This document shows, piece after piece, positions 50,052 through 63,609 of a DNA stretch of 64,000 bases. Position numbers and translations under genes: made by a program. How positions within the stretch are numbered: position 1 is the stretch's first letter; the number at the start of each line of letters is the position of its first letter. The notes under the pieces were generated by a model. That model was given only the letters and a program-made list of their open reading frames with translations. It was not told where the DNA came from and ran no database searches. Source of the stretch: Vicugna vicugna (lineage: Eukaryota); the NCBI GenBank assembly GCA_013265495.1, contig MU057560.1, forward strand, positions 632,753 through 696,752, in the 5' to 3' direction.

Positions 50052-51149
50052 TCCGTTGTCTTGCGAGCCCCTTGAGAACCCGGCTAAGGATGCAGCTTAC
50101 CTTGACTCCACCACGGCCCTGACTATCAGAAACGTTCACTCGCTTACCCCAGGTTCTCAGCCCCAGATGTGAGTTGAATTCAGGGCTCCTGGCTTCAGGA
50201 TTCGGGATTCAGGACTGACGTGGCCCCAACAATCCTGCTCTAAATGAGGCTGCAAGGGTCCCACAGCTACTTAAGCAGCTGGGCTCCAATGCTGTTCCTT
50301 TCCTGGTGGGCCTCGTCCCACTGCCCCAGACCTCTTCCCAAGGGGACTCAGAACCCCTCGGACCAAAACCACTGGGGCCAGGGAAAGTGTTCCAGAACAT
50401 CCCCCAACCAAACCCTCCGAAAACACGAGATGCGAGGACACATTATTTGGAATAAAGAATCACAGGCAATGGGACCCCAGCTGTCTGTGTGCTGACATCT
50501 TAAATATCATTTGTTACTCACAGGCGATACCAAAGTGTGTGGCCGGGAAAGCTGGTGCTACACGCAGCCACTAAGACGTGTGTCTGTTTGCTTTTTTTTT
50601 TTTTAACCACCTAAATAAATCTTCAGTTGTAGGATTTGACTTGCCTGAGTGACTCTGCCTGACCAGGGGCCGCCTCCCTCACCTGCTCCCCCAAACATCT
50701 TCCAAAGCCAGGTCCCCACCCCAGGGAGTGTTGGTGGTGAGGTTTTTTTTTTTTAAATCATCACTGTGTTGGTTTTTCCCATTGCTGACTTCGCATAAAT
50801 GGGCTCCATCCTTTGCCACTAATCTGACCAGGCTAAGCTAAGAGTGCTCAATACAGATTGTTTTGCGTTGTAATTTACAGGACGATTGCTTGGGATGAAA
50901 GGGCATGTGTCTCCCGTCCGGACTTCTCTCATCCTGGGACACCCTCAGACACAAGATGTTACATCACCGTGGGATTCTTTCCTGAAAACCCGTTAATGAA
51001 TTTTTGTAAAAAGTCATGTTACAGGGGCTCGCATGGTCTTTTCATAGTTTGCTGTAGAAGATTTTAGTTGTCTCTTCAATCTTCTCCCTGGTCTTTCCAT
51101 TTCTAATTTCGAGGCTTAGGAGTGACTTCTGAGAGTCAAAAGGAAGCAC

Positions 51150-52760
51150 GGGCAAGTCGAGGATGAAAGAAGCGAAGCGATACGGTCCCATGAGCGCGAG
51201 TGCCTGGCAGCTGAGTCTGACAGAGCCGTCTTCTCTTGTATCAGCGTTTTGCAGCCCTGCTGAAAAGAGACTCTCCAGCGTCCCCGGCGCCCGCTGCCCG
51301 CGCTTGGGTTTTTACGGGGCGCTTTCATCGAGAGCACATAAACCTCCCGTGCTTTCTTGGGAAGCCTTGCCCAGGCCTCTCCTCGGCTGAGGGAGGAGTC
51401 AGGGGGCGCCTGCCCGGAGGAAAGGGTCGGACTGACTTGCACGAAGCCGCCCCAGGCCAGTGTCGCTCCGCAACCCAGTCCGGAAGGAGGAGCAAGGCAC
51501 CTGCCAGCAGCCCTGACCGCAGACCCCTCAGGGCCGCCCGCCGCGGCCTCTGCAGGGAGAGAGCCCCGAAGGCAATTCCAGGGCGTGGAGGCAGGAGGTC
51601 TGCAGTCTTCCTGAGGCTCCCCCGGGCTGGGCGCCCCCTTCTCTCTGGGCGTTTCTCCTCCGCGGCCGGGGCTCCCCGAGGTGGACGCACACCGTGGGCA
51701 CCTCACGCCGCTGCTTCTCGAGGAACCCGTGAGTCAAGGAGCTGCCCGCTTCACAGGTGTGGAAGGACAGCTTCAGAGTTGTCACATACCTTTCACGCCG
51801 ACGGGGAAGGATGTGATGGTGACATCTGCCCCGGGCTGGCCTTTGTGTGGGCGGTGCAGGAACATGGACCAGCTCTTTCTGATCTCAGAGGCAGTCTTCT
51901 CTTCCTGGATAAAGAAATGGAGTCTGGGAGGGGGGGCTGCTTGAGACGACACGGCCAGTTAAAGGGGCAAAGCTGTGGCAGAGCCCAGACCCCGACTCCG
52001 AGCTCGCCGCCCTTCCCGCCTCACACCACTGCTTCTGGAAGGTGGCAGCCTGCCCCGCGTCGCCGCAGCCATCTCACACACCTCCGCCCGCACCACACCG
52101 CGGAGCCTGCGTGCAGGAGGTGCTCAGGCGGTGCCCAGCACGTACATGAATGACGACTTACATGGGTGTGGACGGGCGGGTGAGCACACGATGACTGTGC
52201 CTGTAAACTGAACGGGATCCTGAAACTCACAGGATCTTGTAATTCACCAAAGTCACTTCTCAAGGGACGTAACACGCCAGCCAAAACATCGCCCTCCCGC
52301 CCCTCACAAGGCACCTGAAGGCGGCAGGCAGCCGGATGAGAGCTGCACCCGCCTCGTGCGTCTGCGCCCAACCCGCGTCCCTCCCGCCCCAGCGCGTGGG
52401 ACGTCCCGAGACGCAGCCGCAGTGGGTAAACAAAGACGCGCGAAATGAGCGCGTGGTGTGACTCCGAGTCCTGAGCTCACGGCAGCGACGAGCCCCGCTC
52501 GCTTTCTGTTTGCTGCAGGAACATATGCGAGGAACAGAATGTTGTGCGCTCTGGAGGGCCTCCAACTCAAACCCTTCCCAGCCGGATTGCAAGTGCAGGC
52601 AAACTCTGATCCAAGTGAACGAGATCGCTGGACAGCAGCGCGTCCCCCTCTGTGGTGCGCCGCGGAGTTCCCCCCCTCCGAGAGTTTCTGGAACGTCCTC
52701 GGCTCCCCCTTGACCCATGCCTTCGTCAGGCTGGTGTCTTCGCTGTCGAGAACATGGCAG
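51150..52760. promoter_or_regulatory. Extended CpG-rich region
   Basis: High GC and CpG over about 1.6 kb; includes MIR-like (about 51900-52030) and L2-end-like (about 52040-52155) pieces. Confidence 0.5.
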
Positions 52761-52974
52761 CGGCGGCAGCCTGTCCTTGGAAGTATGCTCCTCACCCTCT
52801 TCAACAGTGCTTCCAGGCAGGTCTTTCTAGAACGTCATTTGATCCCGTCATTCTCTTACTCCAAATCCTTCCGAGGTGCCTATGAGAGAACTTTAGAAGC
52901 TGTGCAGGAGTAAGAATTGCCAGAAGAGCCTCAGCTGTGTTTCTTTTTATTCGAGAGGTAACATATCAAAGACT

Positions 52975-53165
52975 GAAATCTAGACTGCGAAGCCACACTG
53001 CCTGGCGTGCAGCCTCAGCTCTGCTGCTCCAAGCGATGTGGCCTCGGGGACGTCATCTGCCCGCACCTGGAGATCAGGGTCGCAGCAGGACGTACCTCCT
53101 GGGCTGCTGTGAGGACGAGCTGCGTCGAAGCCCAGCACGGACACAGCGTGGTGTTACTATTAGCA
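52975..53165 (+). mobile_element. MIR SINE, GC-shifted
   Basis: cctcagctctgc...gatgtggcctcggggacgtca...gtacctcctgggctgctgtgaggacgag. Confidence 0.6.
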
Positions 53166-54829
53166 TGGTAGCCGCACGGTCATCCTGGTAAGGAAAAGTT
53201 CATTTCTCTGAGTCCCAGGCTAAGAGAATTTTCCATCCCAGTAATTGCCAGGGCTCCCTGCCACAGTTCGGGGTTTGTGGAGATACTGGGACTGTGTATC
53301 TTACAGAAGAACGGGCTCCTGGACACAGGGCTACAGGGCGCCATTGTGTGCTCAGAGATCCGTGCTGCCCGGCAGCCTGAGGCCCCGCCGCCAGCCCCCC
53401 TGCCCCTCGGCCGGGCTGCAAGCCTCCCCTGCCAGCCCCCAGCATCTTCTTTCCCTCGGTCTCTTGTCCATGCTGTCACTTCTCTGAGGCTCAGCCTGCT
53501 CCCTGAGAGTCCGGGAGGGGCAAGACTCACCCCTCTACTTGTTTGGGGCACACAGGACCTTGGTCCTAGGGTTAATACTTGGTTTTGCCTGAATTTTTTT
53601 TGACTCAAAGATCTATTAGTCCTTGTGAGATACTTAAGTGCAAAGTGGGAGAAGAAAATTCCTCTCGTTATTTCAGATTATTCTACAATGCGACAAGAAG
53701 AAAAGACAAATTGGCATCTCTGGTCCTGTGAAAATACCTGGGTTAGACTTGGGCCACTTCCTCCAAAGCACACCCAGAACACCACTTACCTGCCCATCCT
53801 GAACACCAGGCGACTGTACCATCACACCTGCAATGCTCTCTGCCTCCCCTTCTCGGACTGGCGAACTCCTAGCCATCCTTCAAAACCCTTAGTAAATGCT
53901 CCATCCTTGGAAATTTCTTCTCAAAGAATGATTTCCTTCCTTCCCCCAGACTTTCCTCCAATATTACTGGTGGCCAAAGCAAAGGGCAAGTTCCACAGGT
54001 TACACAACTCTCTCTGGCCAAATAAAACCAGTAAGCTACTGAGAGCAGCACATTCATGTCTGCAGAGGGCCAAGCTCCCAGACCCTCTTTACCCAGCACC
54101 ATGCAGAGCAAGCCCCAGGATCTCTGTTCCCTTTGTTCTTAGTTTTTGCCTGACTAACTTACATTCCTGGCCTCGCAAGGTAGCTAAAATTGCTGATGAA
54201 TCCTGTCTTCTCGTTACTGAAGATAGCCAGGTCCAAACATTCAGTCCTCAGTGGTCATATTTGTATTCAAAGAAATGGGGCTTCTTCCTCTGGAGTCGCT
54301 GATGGTTCCCGAGGCCTGGAGTGCCCCCCAACCCCACTCCGAGCCTTTGCTCCCCCTGCAAGGATGCTTCAAGCCAGGCTGCAATGCAGCTTCTGGGCAG
54401 GCAGGTAGGAAGAGCTGGATAAATATTAACCCCCCTCCATCCCTCCGGCCAAACGTCACAGTTACTCTGGTGCCTCCTCCATCCCCGGGTCAGGCCATCA
54501 TTGCCATGTTCAGGGCCAGGGTGGTTTTGTCCTTTAACGGCCCCGGCCGGATGGATGGGGGATCCTTGCCCTGCGAGGGGGCCCTGTTGCTCCTTTCCCG
54601 AGCAGGCTTGTTCTGGCTGCAGAGAAGCTGCCACTGCTTGGAAGGTGCGTGATGCCGTGATGGCTGGTTCTTACCCTGAGGCTCTCACCTGGCGCGGGAG
54701 CAGCGGACTGCAGGAGAGCAACCAGGGGGTGACTCGAGGGCACCTTCCTTCTTTGAATGTTTGTTCCCAGCAGTCTAGTAAGCACATCGTGCTTCTGCTA
54801 ATGGACTAAGAACCATCGCTCCCTATTTT

Positions 54830-54967
54830 TCACTTTATTTTTTATTTTATTTGGGGGGTCAGGTGATTCATTTTTTATTTATTTATTCATATGCAGGGAC
54901 GGGGGATTGGACCCAGGAGCTCGTGCGTGCTAAGCGCAAGCTCTACCGCAGAGCCCCACCCTCCCCC
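54830..54967 (-). mobile_element. tRNA-derived camelid-type SINE
   Basis: T-rich tail, ggggattggacccaggagctcgtgcgtgctaagc...ctctacc...ccctcccc. Confidence 0.88.
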
Positions 54968-55019
54968 ACCAGTCACCCCTGTTGTTACGCAGCAAAGTAA
55001 CATTGGCACAAGGCTCTCA

Positions 55020-55160
55020 CCCCCCCTTAACTCCCACTGTGACCCTGTGAGTCAGGCAAGGAAACAGCCTCCGCCCCCATTCCAGAGAGAGGGAAACTGA
55101 GGCACTGAGTGGTTAGGTGACTTGTTCAAAGTGACACAGGGTTAATGGAAAAGCTGGCAG
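55020..55160 (-). mobile_element. MIR SINE
   Basis: cccattccagagagagggaaactgaggcactgagtggttaggtgacttgttcaaagtgacacag. Confidence 0.8.
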
Positions 55161-55599
55161 GAAAAATAGTCATCTAATAGTTCCTGATTTTTTTTTAATT
55201 ACACCACGCTGAAATAAAAAAAAAATTGTCTTCCAGTTTCTATAAAACTATTTTCTGAAAATGCATTATAATGGTAATAGTTACCTATGCTATAAAGGCC
55301 GGCTACAAACCAGGTACATTTTTTACATCGTGTCTCTTCCTCAGGGGCATTCTAGAACGTACATGTTTTTACAACCTGCAGGACTTTAAATCTCAGAGAA
55401 GTAAAAAGACCTGTTGAAAGTCACAGGCCAGCAGACGAGAGAAGCTGGGTTTCTAAATAAAACTCTGCCATCCCATGGACACCTGCGCTGGCCCGGCAGG
55501 GGCAGGGCTCTGGGAGTCCAGCGGTGGACAGAGCTGTCAGCGCCGCCCCCCGCCCCCCGCGGAGTTTATGTCCTAGCAGATCAAATGAGGGGGTCGCTA

Positions 55600-56065
55600 C
55601 ACAGCTCTCGGTGAGGGCGGTATTTCTTACAATAGCAAACAGGTGGAAGCAACCCAAGTGTCCATCAGCAGATGAGTGGACAAACAAAACGTGGTTGAGA
55701 CACACGATGGAATCTTATTTTGCCCTTAAAAGGAGGGGCGTTCTGACACATACCATGGCTTGGATGAATCCTGAGGAATGACGCTGAATGAGATCAGCCA
55801 GACAGAAAAAGACAAGCACCGTGCGATTCCGCACATGTGAGGTCCCAGAGCCACCAAATTCACAGACAGAATGGAGATCACCAGGGGCTGGAAGAGGGGC
55901 ACGGGGGATTTCCTTTAATAAGTAGCTTCCATTCTGCAAGCACCTTCAGGAGACACAGAGAGTGATGGCTGCAAACCAGCGTGAGTGTTCTAATGTTGTC
56001 GAGCTGTGCGCCTAGAAGTGGTTGAAATGTGCATTTTATATTATATACATTTTACCACAATAAAA
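55600..56065 (+). mobile_element. L1MB-like 3' end
   Basis: acaatagcaaacaggtggaagcaacccaagtgtccatcagcagatgagtggac...ttatatacattttaccacaataaaa. Confidence 0.9.
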
Positions 56066-56099
56066 GTGTTGACATCTCAGAGCGTTTTAGACCAGCTCC

Positions 56100-56420
56100 T
56101 CTATTCCCTGAGAGTTTCCACACTGTCTTTGCTGGAAAACTTTTTTCTCTGTCACTGTGTCCCCAGGCTCGCCTCTTCCTGGACACCCAGCTGAAATGCT
56201 ACGACCTTTCCAAACCTTTCCTGATCCCCAGGGAAGAGCAATCTCTTCCAAACTCGACTTACTTGGTACCACGTTCCTATTCCTGGACCTGTTGCCTCTC
56301 AAGTCCCTCAGTCCCGCACGTCGCTTTCTTGGGGGTGAACCTAAGTCTGGTTCAGCTTCTAACCCCGCAGCACCCGACACAGGACCCAGGACACAGAAGG
56401 TCCTGGATGTTCAGTGGACA
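56100..56420 (+). mobile_element. L2 3' fragment
   Basis: ttccacactgtctttgctggaaaac...cccagctgaaatgctacgacctttccaaacctttcctgatcccc...acacaggacccaggacacagaaggtcc. Confidence 0.55.
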
Positions 56421-57799
56421 AGGGACAGAGGAGCCAGTGTTAGCTCATCACCGTGTCCTTTTCCAACAGGAGCACTTGGATGATCCCAACCAGAGTGTCC
56501 AGGGCAGAAGGGCCTTCCCGTGGGACCCTCCTGGGCGGGAGGCAGAGAGTCTGACTCAGCCGTTCTCCCGGCAGCGGCGACAGCCCCACACGCGGCGGGT
56601 CCGACCTCTCTGCGGCCTCGCGGCTGCTTCCTGCAGCTGTAGGGTCACTCCTAGTCCGCACCTGCGTAAAGCTTAAAGGTGCCCCACACCTTAGCCAACG
56701 TCCAAGTCCAAGCAAGCGGCCGAGGCAGGATTTGAATCAAATGGACCTGACCTGCATCGCCTGTCCTGCGCGTGGACCTGGCCAATCCAACGACGTCTAC
56801 GTGTTGGCCGCAGGGCTGGCATCAGCCTTACCGCAGGGGTCTGCTCTGAGATGCCGGGTCAGCCATGGGCAGAAGCTCATGTGGAGCGTGTTGGGGAGCA
56901 TTCATCTCCAGGTGACAGCACCCCCGTGTAAGTCACGTGGGGCGCTCTCCCTGGGGGTGGGGTCAGTGGGGAGAATGACTTCCCAGTCAACTCGCTTCTC
57001 CCCAGGCTCTCATGCTGTGAAAAACAGCAGTGTCTTTTGATCATCTCCTACAATTTTGATAAAGTTATCTAAAAATGCCAAGGAGTAAAATGTCTTAAAG
57101 TCACCCATCCTTGTGGCAAAAATTTCTAGAGCTACAGTGTTCCAAGTGTTTTGTTTTCAGCCTGGAAGCCAGTCTTGGGAGTCAAAGCTAAGAGAATCCA
57201 GGAGATTCGTAGAGCAGTTTCAAACCTTTCTGGGGGGCAGGGGCTGCCCCAAGCAGGATGGTGATGGGGCTGGCGTGTGAAGGAGGAAAGGAAGTCCCTC
57301 CGAAGGAAGTGCCCCTGCTGGGGCAGCACCATCGTCCCGGCCTGGAACCAAAGCCCCGCTTTGCTGAGCACCTGAGGACGAGGTCTGGTGCCACAGGAGG
57401 ACTTTGCCTGGCTCTGATCAAGCACAGGTCTGAGAGCCGTGCTCTGGAGACTTTCAGGACGCGGGCCTGCCCCTGGGCTGGTTCTCATCACACAAGCCTG
57501 CAGTTAAGCTCAGCCAAGGAGGCTGTGTCAGCCCGCCAGCCCCAGGCGGCTACTGTGGTCACTCCTAGGGTGAAGGAACGGGGCCCTGAGAGGAACTTCA
57601 CGTGGCTGGAGACGGGCTCTGGTCACTTAGCTCCTCGGAGACCAGACCCATCACTGCGATTCTGCTGGAACACCTTCAGTGTAGTCAGTGTGCGGGCTTT
57701 GCTGCTGGCTCAGGCTCACGACCAGAACCCCTCGCCACGGGTCCCCTTCTGATTCCGTGGAAACGGCCTCAAATCCACCCCCCACACGTTAGCCAGACA

Positions 57800-59250
57800 C
57801 CTCGCAGGTGTCAGGCTCTAATCTAGGCTCTGGGAGCAGAACACACGGAGACCTACGTAGCCATGGAGTTTACAGACCAGTGGGAGAGAGAACAAAGAAG
57901 CAAACTGGGGGGGAATGTGCTGGTGAAATCACAGCAGAGAACGGAGCCCGAGTCGGGGGTGCACAGCTTTAACGCGGGGTGGTCGAGGACTCCCTCCAAG
58001 TGGAAGGCGGTCAGACCTGAAGAAGGGGCGGGAGGGAGGTGCCTGGGGATCAAGTCCTGAGTCCCTGGCAGAGGGGGTGGAGGCGGAGGGGCCCCCCGGG
58101 TGGGGGGGTCCATGTGGCCAGGACAGTCTGAGCACACAGCACGGAAGCCAGTGAGGCCTGAGCCCCCAGACCTTGTGCCGCATCACAAGACGTGGGGCTG
58201 GAGATGCCGCTGGGAGCAGAGGGCTGGGGGCTGGGGGCGCCGTGTGGGCTCCGCGGGCTTTGAGGGAAGGGGAGGGGTCTTGGACAGAAGGATGATGTAA
58301 TGCGACTTGGGTTTTAACAGACCCCTTTAGCTGGCTGCCTGCCGTCTAGGACCCGGTCACGGGGCTTCAGGGCCGTGGACTAAATGATGGCGGTTGACAT
58401 TTCAAAATACGTCTTGAAAGCACAGCCAATGAGACGTGTCCACAGACCTCACGAGACAGTGAGAGCCCAGACGTTCGGTTTTGACCTGGCCAGCCCCATA
58501 GAGGGAGCTGGTGTTCTGTGAGACGGGGAGGCTGCAGCCCAAGCAGGCCAGTGTGGTGAAAGGCGGGGTTACAGTTCTGGACGTGCTTAGCAGGAGACGT
58601 AGGAGACATTCGCCAGAAGTTCAAGGGGGATAGCAAGTCTGCGGGTGGACGCACAAAGCTGGACCCTGGGACAGACGGAGCCAGGATGTGAGCGTGGGCG
58701 TTGCCAGCAGGTGGAGGGTCTGCACACACGGGTGGAGGTAGATGAGATGGCCGAGGGGCAGGCCACGAAACAGAAGAGAGACGTCCAAGGTGGAGCACCT
58801 GGTCACTCCAGTGCTGACAGGTTGAGGGGACTCCAGAGGCCAACAGGGACCTTGAGAAAAAATGAACAGTGACTTAGAGAAACCCAAAGAGCGTGGGGTC
58901 CTGGAAGCCAGGTGACCAAAGCATTCGTAGCACAGGAGTGACCAGACCAGCTGGGTCACTGCTGTCCGGGCAGAGGTCAGGTTAAAGATGGTTATCCCAC
59001 CACTGGGTCCGTAGTGAAGATGCCATGGTGACCCGCGCAGTTCCGAGGGTGGTGGGGCTGACAGAGCTGAGGACCTGGGAGGAGGTGCTGAGACCTGGAG
59101 GAAGGGAAAGGCAGGAGACCGCCGTCCAGAAGGGCAGGGCGACTGGCCGAGGCTCACCCTGGGCAGCTGGAAGTGGCCACTTGAGGTCAAAGGTCGTAAA
59201 CGAAACCGGGGCCAATCCAGATCCGCTGCCCAGCCAGAGTATCGAAGAAA
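57800..59250 (-). mobile_element. Long L2 relic
   Basis: tagccatggagtttacagaccagtggg; agttctggacgtg; gtggggtcctggaagccagg; gggtcactgctgtccgggcagaggtcaggttaaagatg. Confidence 0.75.
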
Positions 59251-61489
59251 AAAACTAGAAGCTGCCAAGGTTCACAAAATCAAGAATGGACCGAAAAGGG
59301 CAAAGAAAGGTCTGCTTTTATAAAAGATCACCCTTGATCCAGGGCTTGGCCGTCCATGCACGTGGAGATGGGTCCACTTCTGCACAAGCCGACTTTCTGG
59401 TATCTGTGGCCACCTCGCGATTCTCGCTTCGTAACTGACACCAAAGAAGTTCTGTCCCGTGTGCCGTTGCTCGGATGAACCTAGAGAACAGAACACCAAG
59501 CCAGCTGCATGGAGATGGGGGTTTCCGTCGCAGGCCTGTCCCCCGGGCGGTGCTGCCCACACCCGCCCTCCGGCGTCTCTGAGTTTCAGCGCCTGACGCA
59601 GAAATGGGAACATGATGTGAGTGACCGGACCTGCCATCTCCTCCCACTGGGACCGTCTGAGTTTACCACCCGCGGTCCCTGGGAAGCCCGCCAGCCAGCC
59701 CAGGCTGGGACGGAAGTTCCCCCTTCTCCAAGGGTCTGACCAAGGCAAAAACAGGGCCAGTGAGCGGGTGGGGATCCACAGACGCCCCCCACAAAGGTGT
59801 CCCTCCACTTACTCCGTGGTTATCACGTGCCAAGCAGCCTGCTCCTCACTGCCTCTTCCCAGAGCACCTTGGAGGGAGTGGCCAAGGAGCCCAGCCACCT
59901 CGCCGTGGCTCCCAAACTTCCCAGGAAATATAGAAAATAGCATTGTGAGTTTTTCCTAGAATAAAATGCAGTCCATTTCCAGGACAATCCTCTAAGGTTA
60001 TAACCTTCTGCTTTTCAGGATTAAAGTGCCTTTCTCTGCAAAGGTGATAGTCAGCCTCTTTGCTGTACCTTATGTGACAGAAGAAGGAGTGGACACCTTC
60101 AGGTCTGAGCCCGCGACACTGCCCTGGGAGACCCAGAGGCTGAGAAGCCGGCCCTGGGGACAGTCAGGCAAGCCGGGAATTTGCCCCGCTCACCCGCCAG
60201 CCCCCAGCGCGGCCCAGCCCTCCGGTCAGAGCCCCGCGTTGGGCTCAGCTCTGCTCCTTAAGGAGATCCCTGGGGCTCCGGCCTCTGACTGATGGCCCCT
60301 GAGACCAGCCTCCTAACACACCAGGCTTTTGAACCTGCAGGAGGGTGGGTCTGGTCACTTTCCATAAAAATACTTACATCTTTGAAATTCTCTATTCTTC
60401 CAGATCTAACAAGGGCACATTCACTGGCATTCATCAGATGCTTTCAACTCTGGTCCTTTGACCTTTGCTTTTATGTTGGTTTCTTTCTTTTTTTTTTTGG
60501 TTTGTTTGTTTTATTGGTTTTTTCCCAGGCATAATGGAAAAGTTTGTTAAACTAATCAAAGTATGTTAATTTGCTGTATTTAAATAACTTTCAGGTTAGC
60601 CTAAGGTGAGGACCCAGAATTCAACTGTGACTCTCTCTGGGAGACAAAGTTCTCAAAGAAAGGGGAAAAGCAAAAGAAACTCCCTGAAGCCTTGAGCACC
60701 CACTGGACCCCAGGGCCGGCTGTGCATTTTACAGAATCTTTCCCTTGATCTTCAGGTTCAAAGTGCAAGCCAGGCCTCCTGAGCCTTACCGTCCAGACAA
60801 AGGTCAGGAAGTTTAAGTGACACGCTCAAAGTCATGGAGCTGGTAAAAGGCTCAGGTGTGAAGCCCATCCAATCAAGCCCGCCTCCCGTGGCGACCTCTC
60901 CTGAGACCCGAGACTCACCTTTGCCCGGCAGGTTTCGTCTTCCCTGGGCATTCTGGCTTATTTGTTATTCGTTTTCCTCTCGAAGCTTAAAGGCTGGCTG
61001 AGTGTGCCAAGGTGGCCAGGGTCAAGGAGCACCTCTTCCTTTTTCAGACGTCCTCTGGGTTCTGGCGTCTTCAGAATCCCAGGAGAGGGGTTTCCCATCC
61101 AGCCCGGATTGCGGAGAGCTGCCCCTGGGTCCAGCATTCCTCCGAGTGCAGCGCGGTGATCAACGGCAGGGCTCTGTGGCGGTTCTGACAAGTTATTTTG
61201 CAGACGTCATTTCTCCTGATGCTAGGATGCCATCCAAGTGCACAAAGCCTCATCGATGAAAAGCTCACCTGTGCAGCGTGGAACCCCAGTCTGTAAAACA
61301 AATTAGCCCGAGCAGACCAGAAAGCAGGAATCCAGTCTGTTGTCTGCTTGTCCTTAACCCTCAGCTGACGCATCTCTGATTACAACCTGGTTTCTGAACC
61401 GGCTGTGACCCAGAAGCAGCTGTGTGTCACGGGTCACCTCCTGCTGACAAATACCATAGCTGTCATCTTGCCAAACCACAGAGGCCACG

Positions 61490-61725
61490 TTTACCAAAGG
61501 CCCACTATGTGCTCTGTGCCCAGCACTCTTCCAGGCCCCTCGAGAGAGCATTACCTTGGGTCATCCTCACTCGAACCCTAAGAGGTAGGGACGCATATGC
61601 CACACATTTCACAGATGAGAAAACTGAGGCTCAGAAAGGTTCGCTCAGGTGCCCAGACCCCACAGCAGGACGTGCAGAGGGACTCCGAGCTGAGGGCTTC
61701 CTCCCCCAGGCCCCCAAGCCCGCTG
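61490..61725 (-). mobile_element. MIR SINE
   Basis: catttcacagatgagaaaactgaggctcagaaaggtt. Confidence 0.85.
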
Positions 61726-63609
61726 CTCAATCTGCAACACGCCTGCACCCCGGCGTGGAAAAGCACCTGCCTCCAAGTCCACGGCTGCGTCAGCTGTGGG
61801 CTCCGGGATGGCCCCAGGTCTCTGGGATGTTAATCATCTCTCAGCCCCTCCTTCTTCCTGGGCCTCCGTCCCTCGGATCCGGCTTCTGCACGACTCACAT
61901 CGATCTCCAACTCAAACGTCTTTCCACCTTTCAGAGCCACGCCCCTCTCAGGCTGTCCAGTCCCTTCTGTAGACTCCTCGTCTTCATCCTCATCCACGAT
62001 GTTACGTTCTTGGGGCTACGTCCTGACTCCTGCTGCAGTGACAAACGTTTATGAAATCTCCCAAAGGGCACAGGAGAGAAGGTAGAGAAACGAGGTTCCA
62101 GAAAGGGGCCCCTTTAATAGATGTTTCGGAAAGATGTGTCCCCATCGAAGGTCAGAAAACATGCCGTGCAGTTGTACTTGCCTACATCGGAGCGGTTTAA
62201 GGGTCCTCGTGGGGTGGCTCCCACTGGGGTTGCAGGGCGGGCTGGGCAGCAGGGTAGGGTCTTGACACCCTCTGGCTCTCTCCCTGTCCTCACGATGGGG
62301 CCCTGGGGCCAGGAAGCTGGTTCTTAACAAGCAGGTCAGGTGAAGCTGATGAAGTTGGGGTCACGGGCCCCCAAGAACCCTGCAAACAGCGCATCAGAAT
62401 GACCGAACAGCGTGAGCCGGTGCCCGGAGCAGGCAGTTCTCGGGCAGGTTGAGTGAGGGAGGGCGGGTGTCAGTGGGAGCGGAGGTCGGCCGGCTATCTC
62501 GGGAGCCCTGGGCTGGGAGTCAGGTCCTGGGGCCCTGGTTTCTCATCCTTTAAACAAATTCCACAGCCCCTTTGGCGAGTTAGCCGCGAGCCTGAGAGAG
62601 TTTTGCAAAATCCCTCGCACTAGACCCGCCAGAAAGAGGTCTTTCTAAACCTTCATCAGGAGAATGCAGTACACCTAGCGCTCCATGCCGGGTGTGCGAA
62701 CTGCCTGTGAGGTGCTTAATCGTTACCTTTACTGTGAGAGCTGGGAGGTGACATTCTAGGGTGTGTTGGTCCGGATTTGAGAAATAAAATAGAAGAGTCC
62801 GTTCGGGGAGAGAAACCAAGCTCGGTGTCCTCCCGGCGATGACAGAAAGGACAAGCAACGTTCTGTCAAAGGCTCGCCCGTGGGAGAAGCCGCGCGAAGT
62901 CCCTCAGAGAACGGGCTGCTCCGGGCGTGTCCGCATACCGAGGGGCCAGCCGCTGGAGGAGCCGTGCCCTGGGAGAGGGGAAGAAGACAAATTCCTCATC
63001 TTGTTTTGGCTTGTGCAGCCAGGGAGGGCTGGGATTTTGGAAAGAAAGGCTGTATTTAAGTGCGCCCTTAACTTGATTTACTGCCACTGACAAGCCAGCC
63101 TGAAGCCAGCAGCTCCGTCCGCCCGGACTCCCCGCCTCACCTCCCCGGCTCTGCGAGGGCAAGGCAGCATCACTGTCAGGTGGGTTCCACATGTGACCTC
63201 ACTGCCTTTCACACCCTGGGAGCAAGTGGGGACCGAGCCCGGTGGCTTCAGAACACGCCCGGGACGTGGGCAAAAGGCTCTCTGGGGCCAGTGGAGGTGG
63301 CGAGGGGGCGACCAAATGAACCGCTGGCAGGCGGCAGCTGGGCAGCTGGCTGCTGGGAACCCGAGCGCAGTGTGCTTTCCAGGCACAGCCCGGTGGGCAC
63401 TGTCCACCCGGGGAAGGGCCTCCCCACTTCGGGAACCTGGAGACATGAACCTGGGGGGAGAAAGCCCTGTGTTGCCTCCTCCCCCTTAAGGCTCACGCGG
63501 TATCAGCCCCTGCCCCGGAAGATGTCACTGGAACACAAAATGGAACTTCAGATTTGTGCCTACTCGTTTTCTTACAGTTTCAGCTGCCTTCGTGGATCTC
63601 GAGAAAAAT

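Noticed and set aside
51236..52153. 305-aa ORF and several overlapping ORFs
   Set aside because: Stop-codon scarcity in GC-rich DNA; open in several frames on both strands and crosses MIR/L2 relics
53625..54302. 225-aa ORF
   Set aside because: Includes L2-like sequence; non-ATG start; no recognisable protein
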